Below, piece by piece: positions 61,501 through 64,000 of a DNA stretch of 64,000 bases; the first letter of the stretch is position 1; each line of letters opens with the position of its first letter. The stretch covers positions 6,656,001 to 6,720,000 of the forward strand of contig OZ244999.1 of assembly GCA_965223265.1 (NCBI GenBank). Reading direction: 5' to 3'. Below the pieces are notes generated by a model. That model saw nothing but the letters and a program-made list of their open reading frames with translations, was not told the DNA's origin and made no database searches. Origin of the DNA: Planctomycetota bacterium. Lineage in GTDB: Bacteria > Planctomycetota > UBA8108 > SXIK01. The translations under genes were made by a program, and so were the position numbers.

Positions 61501-64000
61501 ACCGCACCGGAGGCAGCCGCCAAACTGAGTGAAAACTCTGAAGTGTCGTTTGTCGTCAGGTCAGTCGCGGTCGCAGAGATCACCGCCCCTGGAGCGACTA
61601 CGGCAGAAAAAGTGGAACCAAAGGTCGCGTCACCCAGGACGTCCGTAGTGACGTTGACGGATCCGACAAAGACCTCTCCTTCTCCGTAGCCGGAGCCGTC
61701 ACCTACGGTACTAGCGTAGAACTCGACGCGGAAGGTGCGTGAAGCCGTGCTGTCAAGCGACCCACTGAGATAGATCGTGTCCAGCCCGTTTGTGATTGCA
61801 GCGTCTACAACCGGAAAATTCTGCAGCGCGTTCGGACCGGTGTCAACGTCGCCGGCATCGTTGACCGTCGGACCGGTCGCCCCAAGATCTATCCCAAGCG
61901 CTCCGTTGGAGTGAATGGAGTTGCCAAGAACGGCGTTCCCCGCCCCCGCGGAGTCAACGAAGACTCCTCGTGCAGAATTATTGGCGATCGTATTGGCCGT
62001 GCCAACTGCCGTTCCGCCAACAGTATTGTTCGCGGCTCCGTTGACGATGCGGACTCCGTTGTTGGCATTGCCAATCGCAATGGCGCCCGTGATATCGGTG
62101 CCGATGAAGTTCCCCTCGGCAACGTTGCCGTCGGTTCCCGCGTCGCCGAATTGCAAGCCATCGTCGAGATTGCCAGAAAGGACGTTCGCCGCTCCTGCCG
62201 ACGCGCCGCCGACCGTGTTGTTGGCGGCTCCCAGCTTGATCTGGACTCCGTCGTCTCCATTCCCTAGAGCCACTGCGCCCGCCGCGTCGGTGCCAACGAA
62301 ATTGCCTTGGATGACGTTGTTGTCCGTACCGACTCCAGTGACAACGATGCCATCGCTAAGGTTCCCAGAGACGAGGTTGCCCGCTCCAGAGACTGTTCCA
62401 CCGATCGTGTTCGATGCGGCAGCGTTGGAGATCACGATACCGGCGAGCGAGTTTCCAATCGCCAGGCTACCAGTGACGTCGGTACCGATGTAGTTGCCCA
62501 AAAGGACGTTGCCCGATGTGCCAGCGTCTTGAAACTCGACTCCGTCGTTGTCGTTTCCAGAGATGATGTTCCGCGCCCCGGCAGTCGTGCCGCCGACGGT
62601 GTTGCCGGTGGCGCCGCCGCGGATCTCGACCCCCTTGCCGGTGTTGCCGAGATCGACGCTTCCGGTGACGTCGACACCGATGAAGTTTCCAAGCACGGTG
62701 TTGCCTGTCGCAGCGACGCCGATGATCTGGACGCCACGTCCGGTGTTTGCCGAAACAACGTTGCGATCGGCTGGGTTCATGCCGCCGATCGTGTTGAGAG
62801 ACGATTCCACCAGGATGCCATGGCCGCCGTTTCCGATGGCGATGGTGCCAGACACATCCGTACCGATGTACGAACCGACCACGGAATTCGCACTTCCCGA
62901 GCTGATCGCAATGCCTTCGTCCCCAAATCCGTTGATCACCAGTCCGCGCAGAGAGGAGGCGGACGTGGAGAACTTCACACCGTCAGCGGTCGGCCCTGCC
63001 AGCGCGCCATTCAGTTCGATCTTGAGAATGGCGTCGGAGACCCCAGGCGCCGCAATTGTGTTTTCCTGCGCCCCGGACTGCGTGTAGCCGTCAATGACTA
63101 CTGGATCCGTCAGCGTCGGCAAATCCGTCGTCGGCTGGATCGTGAACCAACTGAAAGGAGTGCCGACGTAGTCAGGGTCAAAATCGACAATCGACCCGTC
63201 GTCGAGAGTCGTTGTCGAGATCAACGTCAGCGAGTTGGCGATGCCATCGTCCTGATAGTAGAAGTGATTGGCGTCTCCCAGAGGAATGGCGAAGTGGATT
63301 TCGTCAGGTCGACCCGAGTTCGCCGTATTGTTGACCGCGGTGATCGCCTCACGCAGCGATATGTGGCCGTCGGCACCACTGTCTGAGAGAAGAGCAGTGA
63401 TCGACGAAAGATCCGGCGCATCCGCAACGTCGCTCGTGGTCGTCACGACGACGGCGGCGCCTGCCTGGACGTTCGCCGCGAACTCCGACGTCGCACCGTA
63501 GTCTCCGCCGCCCAAGTCGACCGTCGCGGTGGCGCTAATGTAGTCGCCGGCGGCCACCGCAGCGCTCAAAGCTGTAGAGAAAGTAGCGTCGCCATTGGCA
63601 TCAGTCGTTACGCTGGTGAAACCAAGATACGTCTCACCCTCGCCGCTGCTCGATCCGTCCGAGGTCGTGTTCGAGAAAAACTCGATGCGCAGTGTCGTGC
63701 TCGCCGCGCCGTTGAAACTGCCGCGGACGACGATTTCGCTTCCCGTGGTGCCTGCGCTCGTGATGACAGGCGAGTTTTGCAGGCCGTTCGCACCGACGTC
63801 GGCGTCGCCGACATCATTCGCGGTGACGTCGAACGCGTCTTCCGTTCCACCGATGATGTCGATCCCTAAATCGCCGTTGGAGTAGATCGAGTTACCGAGA
63901 AACGTGTTGTCGACACTGCCAGCAACCGAGACGACAATCCCGTCGTTGGCGTTAAATGCTATGGTATTGCCTGCACCCGCCGCGGTGCCGCCGATCGTCT
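43545..64000 (-). CDS. Giant repetitive surface adhesin (>6800 aa, 5' end beyond window)
   Basis: Frame open to window end; xSLREAI modules, GN.IG.D..G/N.ISGN beta-helix repeats, Ig-like domains, LamG-like domain, 19 x 132-aa repeats, cadherin domain, Pro/acidic linker, hydrophobic C-terminus. Confidence 0.93.
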   Translation of the reverse strand, partial: TIGGTAAGAGNTIAFNANDGIVVSVAGSVDNTFLGNSIYSNGDLGIDIIGGTEDAFDVTANDVGDADVGANGLQNSPVITSAGTTGSEIVVRGSFNGAASTTLRIEFFSNTTSDGSSSGEGETYLGFTSVTTDANGDATFSTALSAAVAAGDYISATATVDLGGGDYGATSEFAANVQAGAAVVVTTTSDVADAPDLSSITALLSDSGADGHISLREAITAVNNTANSGRPDEIHFAIPLGDANHFYYQDDGIANSLTLISTTTLDDGSIVDFDPDYVGTPFSWFTIQPTTDLPTLTDPVVIDGYTQSGAQENTIAAPGVSDAILKIELNGALAGPTADGVKFSTSASSLRGLVINGFGDEGIAISSGSANSVVGSYIGTDVSGTIAIGNGGHGILVESSLNTIGGMNPADRNVVSANTGRGVQIIGVAATGNTVLGNFIGVDVTGSVDLGNTGKGVEIRGGATGNTVGGTTAGARNIISGNDNDGVEFQDAGTSGNVLLGNYIGTDVTGSLAIGNSLAGIVISNAAASNTIGGTVSGAGNLVSGNLSDGIVVTGVGTDNNVIQGNFVGTDAAGAVALGNGDDGVQIKLGAANNTVGGASAGAANVLSGNLDDGLQFGDAGTDGNVAEGNFIGTDITGAIAIGNANNGVRIVNGAANNTVGGTAVGTANTIANNSARGVFVDSAGAGNAVLGNSIHSNGALGIDLGATGPTVNDAGDVDTGPNALQNFPVVDAAITNGLDTIYLSGSLDSTASRTFRVEFYASTVGDGSGYGEGEVFVGSVNVTTDVLGDATFGSTFSAVVAPGAVISATATDLTTNDTSEFSLSLAAASGAVLVVDTTSDTIDAPDPSTVANLLGDVGGDGRISLREAITATNGTAGPDVIQFNISDPLVGGAHTIQVGSALPAISDTLFIDATTEPDYAGLPVIVLDGTAGGVSDDGLVIDADGVRVKGFAIGGFADIGESGIVVNADNVRIEANHIGVDGAGTGTFGNDVGVTISATADGTLVDGNVISANTDDGIAIFGTNTVVTDNVIGLDLNGSSALPNGGDGIQISAGSSGGRVGGADIAERNIISANGGNGILITGAGADSNLLQGNYIGLAADGAGERGNSLDGVRIEAGAQSNQIGGSVSERNVISANDGDGIEISGIGTSSNVIQANFIGLAADGDIVRGNGGDGVHLSLGASSNVIGSLGAAGNVISGNDVHGVQFEGVGTSGNSIVNNLIGTDVTGLLDRGNLFVGVRIANSASGNSVGTGVAGAGNLISGNDSTGIEITNADFNTVRGNLVGLDVTGTAALGNADGVAISNGANNNTIGGTTSDQRNVVSGNGSTGIAVTTVGSDDNIIRGNYVGTDSLGSAAISNSTGVTISGAAGTQVIENLISGNSSNGLMVSGSADGTVIQGNLVGLSADGLSALGNGFSGIVLITSSNSIVGGATVGERNVISSNSFAGMEITASSGNVIRGNYIGVDINGSGDFGNGHGIRMSASNNTIGGTGANDGNVIANNLNAVQILSGTGNQILGNSFFANSSLGIDLDANGTVDANDVGDGDAGANNLQNHPVLTNAGTTGTTIRIHGSLDTSASTTLRVEFFSNAVTDGSGHGEGETYLGFANVTTDATGNASFSVSLTASVAAGDFISATATNLTTSDTSEFAANVQAVTAVVVDTTSDVADAPDLSSIAALMGNKGPDGLVSLREAIIAANASANGISPDEIQFDIPLSDPNHLYYQDDGIANSLTTVAATTLDDASIVDFDPDYPGGVGYSWWRIQVTTTELPSLNDPVVLDAATQTGFNGKPVIEIDGSLLVGGGMEGLRVLGGGSTVRGLVINQFSSDGVQLGTGDGNTIAGSYVGTDVTGTIDLGNTLDGILISLSSNNNVIGGVSSVDRNVISGNDQYGVRLIGVTGNNIIGNFIGVDVTGTQDLGNNLNGINVASGSTGNTIGGTGVGAGNVISGNDGGGVQITGAGSDGNSVLGNLIGTDVGGSSAIGNSGNGVSINGNAASNTIGGTAPGAGNVISGNTSRGVHMSQTSNNVVQGNTIGLDLSGAVILGNGSQGIEITNSSAGNLIGGDSPEARNVISGNGSAGVSLTSSDGNTIQGNYIGTDATGSVAIANIGGIQMSLSDNNQIGGAAPGEGNVISGNSGAALWIFNTSSGNVVEGNIVGLNAGESGVLPNTRAITINGGATGNTIGGTTPGASNVLSGNTFEGLILTNSGTTGNVVQGNFIGTDSTGTVAFGNLQDGVFVGDNAASNTLGGTAPGAGNIIANNNGVGVRLAPTAGAGNEISGNSIYANGQLGIDLSGDGIVTPNDTGDGDSGANNLQNFPVLTGVGTTGTTVLVRGTLNTTASTAVRVEFFSTAAVDASGHGEGEVYLGFANVVTDVSGNASFEATVSAAVAAGEFVSATATDSGTSDTSEFSMSVQAVSIVVVDTASDVVNAPDLSSIAALAANRGADGLISLREAIIAANNTANTGGPDEIHFDISGVGPHTITLASALPDITDAVVIDGTTEPDFSGSPVIELDGASAGAVDGLRLTAGSDGSTVRGLVINRFGDDGIEITSSDGNSIVGNYIGTDVTGAVDLGNATDGVRVSDGANNIIGGVLATDRNVISGNDDDGVQITGASATSNTVLGNYIGVSAAGSASVGNGANGVALFTDGNTLRDNVISGNTQNGISLSGASNNSILGNRIGTDAAGTSALGNGQDGINLRSGSANNAIGGSGVGESNLISGNLNQGVNLSDAGTTGNTLLGNLIGTDVTGSSAVSNQGEGVFLSTGADGNTIGGSAPGEGNVISGNVQTGLAMATANNVVYGNYIGTNASGTGAVANDLGIRLTGSSSSNTIGGAGALGNVISGNTRWGIDVVVGSTSSDIFGNLIGTDATGTSPVANGSDGIRVEGTGVAIGSTAAGEGNVIAFNGENGIEVRGAASGVSILGNAIHSNVGLGVDLVGGSEDGFGVTANDAGDGDVGANGLQNVPVIATAFTDGVGTLSISGTLESTASRAFRIELFANASVDGSGSGEGERYLGSLTVTTDGAGSGSFGLSLSATVAAGEFVSATATDLTTSSTSEFAVSLVAMTGSIVIVDTTDDLVNGDTSSIANLAATKGDGLISLREAIIAANNTANGATPDEIHFNIPGAALHTITVSSALPAITDAVVIDGRTQESFSGDNNPAVVEVTTGPEVVVDYTETVAGPGFDVVADDVSIYSIGINGVATAAPTGHGIVVTGDNALIDGVTVTRSGEVGIVFDSTSGGQVSNSVLRDNGAVATIGDGVTLLNGAIGLLISGNEVIGNSGFGIDFASGALSNIIVENNVIKGNGFGDADQTAGIGIRAGIDSVVRDNEVSGNSGDGIVVLTGASGHTFLRNQIFGNGDLGIDLSANATMTGDFVTANDGGDADLGGNDLQNFPVLTLAEVLGSDLHVVGTLSTKVAAEYRIDFFNSPLGTEDASGHGEGSVYLGTVSVTTDGSGDATIDTTLFGVGVPAADRISATATEITDAGQVGVDDGLAYGSTSEFSLNVIAALPVSNSLAVAVADSLNTDEDTPLVFDPTTNDTDADGDAISVVDFTQPANGSVIDNGDGTLTYTPDPGFLGADSFDYVVADAGAGVQNYWGFDGNAVDAIGGADGTLNGTSTVAGDFGSALGFDEVSGEYVELPDISYNSEFTLSLEFKVDEINGGLFQYLYSHGDINDFNSLNVFIVEDAHATSPGMLRTVVRDGNDTLDNFALEVDINALVGDGQWHTYTLTVGATGARVYVDGTFASSDSRGSDGVDPAGNAYVGVRQDFDPDRRFGGFLDSLQIFSTELGSTQVADLTSNQTRTTVNLTVASVNDAPVGTANTVATLEDTDYVFTTGDFGFSDPNDSPADALLNVIATTTMSVGTLYVDADLDGVVDAGETVAASDSISAVDIAAGRLKFQPVADAHGTGYDSFTFQVQDDGGTLNGGVDTDPTPRTMTIDVTSVNDAPVGTANTVTTLEDTDYVFTAGDFGFTDPNDSPSNALLNVIATTTTSTGTLYVDADLDGVVDAGEAVVALNSISAADIAAGRLKFQPVADAHGTGYDSFTFQVQDDGGTLNSGMDTDPTPRTMTIDVTSVNDAPVGTANTVTTLEDTDYVFAAGDFGFTDPNDSPANALLNVIAATTTTAGTLYVDADLDGVVDVGEAVVALDAISATDIAAGRLKFQPVADAHGTGYDSFTFQVQDDGGALNGGVDTDTTARTMAIDVTSVNDAPVGSNNTVTTNEDTDYVFVAGDFGFTDPNDSPSNTLLNVVVATAPSAGTLYVDADADGTVDAGEAVAALDSIGSADIAAGNLKFQPVADASGTPYTTFTFQVQDDGGTLNSGVDTDPTPRTMTIDVTAVNDDPTNVGSLPTDLTVIEDVASFIDLSAIDLSDVDSGNQLVTLTLRTSTGGNLVSSSDVDVTVFGSGTGILSLIGSVADLNSFIDSPVRILYQHGTIHTAGDNADAIQIEISDGGHTGSGGGGTVILGSVNVDITAVNDAPAGTANTVTTLEGADYVFGAGDFGFSDPNDSPANALLNVIASTTTSTGTLYVDADLDGVVDAGEAVAALDAISVADIAAGRLKFQPAVDAHGAGYDSFTFQVQDDGGTLNGGVDTDPTPRTMTIDVTSVNDAPVGTANTVTTLEDTDYVFIAGDFGFTDPNDSPANALLNVIATTTTSVGTLYVDADLDGVVDGGEAVTALDSISVADIAAGRLKFRPVPGATGVGYDSFTFQVQDDGGTLNSGADTDTTARVMTIDVTSVNDAPVGTANTVTTLEDTDYVFIAGDFGFTDPNDSPANALLNVIATTTTSVGTLYVDADLDGVVDAGEAVVALDAISAGDIAAGRLKFQPAANAHSTTYDSFTFQVQDDGGTLNSGVDTDPTPRTMTIDVTSVNDAPVGTANTVTTLEDTDYVFTTGDFGFTDPNDSPANALLNVIATTTTSTGTLYVDVDLDGVVDVGEVVASLDAISAADIAAGRLKFQPVADAHGTGYDSFTFQVQDDGGTLNSGADTDTTARVMTIDVTSVNDAPVGTANTVTTLEDTDYVFTAGDFGFTDPNDSPANSLLNVIATTTTSTGTLYVDADLDGVVDAGEAVSALDAISAADIAARRLKFQPVPGATGTGYDSFTFQVQDDGGTLNGGVDTDPTPRTMTIDVTSVNDAPVGTANTVTTLEDTDYVFTAGDFGFTDPNDSPANALLNVIATTTTSVGTLYVDVDLDGVVDVGEAVASLDAISAADIAAGRLKFQPVPGATGTGYDSFTFQVQDDGGTLNSGVDTDPTPRTMTLDVTSVNDAPVGTANTVTTLEDTDYVFTAGDFGFTDPSDSPANALLNVIATTTTSVGMLYVDADLDGVVDAGEAVAALDAISAADIAAGRLKFQPVADAHGAGYDSFTFQVQDDGGTLNSGADTDTTARVMTIDVTSVNDAPVGTANTVTTLEDTDYVFTTGDFGFTDPSDSPANALLNVIATTTTSTGTLYVDTDLDGVVDVGEAVAALDAISAADIAAGRLKFQPVPGATGTGYDSFTFQVQDDGGTLNSGVDTDPTPRTMTIDVTSVNDAPVGTANTVTTLEDTDYVFTAGDFGFTDPNDSPANALLNVIATTTSSTGTLYVDADLDGVVDAGEAVAALDAISAADIAAGRLKFQPVADAHGTGYDSFTFLVQDDGGTLNSGADTDTTARVMTIDVTSVNDAPVGTANTVTILEDTDYVFTAGDFGFTDPNDSPANALLNVIATTTTSTGTLYVDADLDGVVDAGEAVAALDAISAADIAAGRLKFRPVADAHGAGYDSFTFQVQDDGGTLNSGVDTDPTPRSMTIDVTSVNDAPVGTANTVTTLEDTDYVFTAGDFGFTDPNDSPANALLNVIATTTSSTGTLYVDADLDGVVDAGEAVAALDAISAADIAAGRLKFQPVADAHGTGYDSFTFQVQDDGGTLNSGADTDTTARVMTIDVTSVNDAPVGTANTVTILEDTDYVFTAGDFGFTDPNDSPANALLNVIATTTTSTGTLYVDADLDGVVDAGEAVAALDAISAADIAAGRLKFRPVADAHGAGYDSFTFQVQDDGGTLNSGVDTDPTPRSMTIDVTSVNDAPVGTANTVTTLEDTDYVFTAGDFGFTDPNDSPANALLNIVATTTPSVGTLYVDADLDGVVDAGEAVSALDAISAADIAAGQLKFQPAPNAHGTGYDSFTFQVQDDGGTLNSGVDTDTTARVMTIDATSVNDAPVGTANTVTTLEDTDYVFTAGDFGFTDPSDSPANALLNVIATTTTSTGSLYVDADLDGVVDAGEAVVALDAISAGDIAAGRLKFRPVADAHGAGYESFTFQVQDDGGTLNSGVDTDPTPRTMTIDVTSVNDAPVGTANTVTTLEDTDYVFTTGDFGFTDPSDSPANALLNVIATTTTSTGTLYVDTDLDGVVDAGEAASALDAISAADIAAGRLKFKPVADAHGTGYDSFTFQVQDDGGTLNSGTDTDTAARMMTIDVTSVNDVPVASSFTVTLDVASSVNGTVVGIVPASDPDMGDVLTFSFVSGNTGNAFAIDPNSGVVSVNDSTALDPVALPTYNLVVLVEDSGVPTLSTAAVVTVQLSGSTFVPDAGPPDSDPFDDPEPPPPGEEPESTAPETPDDTGSDSDGTDDSDGSGGDVDVDAPSPNESPDLPQPPSEDSPGPVAPNQSPTPGQPRPTDPRPRIVPAIDPIAPIDPVEVVYTTSDIDVHVPDVELEDELATEVRIVERLSPMSAAFWEALDVMGNEIDASESDDDDGQSFFSTSLQVTSLVLSVGFVTWLLRAGSLLTSFLSTVPIWVWFDPMPILALSAHEKTKREREVRREEEEEGEQLGDLLG
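44610..52550 (-). repeat. Intragenic tandem array of 396-bp (132-aa) units: 15 + 4 copies split by one unrelated module
   Basis: Unit VNDAPVGTANTVTTLEDTDYVF...SFTFQVQDDGGTLN.G.DTD.T.R.MTIDVTS counted 19 times in the translation. Confidence 0.95.

Noticed and set aside
1-64000. Selenoprotein genes (in-frame UGA) near selC
   Set aside because: Recognised genes end at plausible family C-termini; I found no UGA at a catalytic Cys position with continued homology downstream

Overview
GC-rich bacterial window, probably Planctomycetota (inferred from a planctomycete-type dockerin protein, an ECF sigma/Ser-Thr kinase pair, a DUF3365 protein and a giant beta-helix adhesin). From left to right it holds: (1) a DtxR/MntR regulator divergent from a porin + di-heme lipoprotein pair, with three TTAG-N6-CTAA boxes and a candidate ~70-nt sRNA between them; (2) housekeeping genes; (3) tRNA-Sec followed by a ~5.5-kb decayed island ending in a damaged 3' tRNA copy and carrying a deleted AAA-ATPase/S8-protease pair; (4) an SF1 helicase and a DUF3365 c-heme protein + Rrf2 regulator, each preceded by a shared palindrome; (5) an apparently intact 4065-bp five-gene TG..CA transposon (zinc-ribbon/HTH, DDE transposase, ExeA-type ATPase, small helical protein, primase-type zinc finger) with a 6-bp target duplication; (6) a secreted histidine phosphatase / ECF sigma / Ser-Thr kinase-PhnD module in which two genes are split by an ISKra4 and an IS4 element; (7) a six-gene corrinoid methyl-transfer cluster with no folate module; (8) a PAS-GGDEF cyclase downstream of a >6800-aa adhesin with 19 x 132-aa repeats. 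A ~185-bp rod-like palindromic repeat occurs three times. All family calls come from motif recognition by eye; no searches were run.
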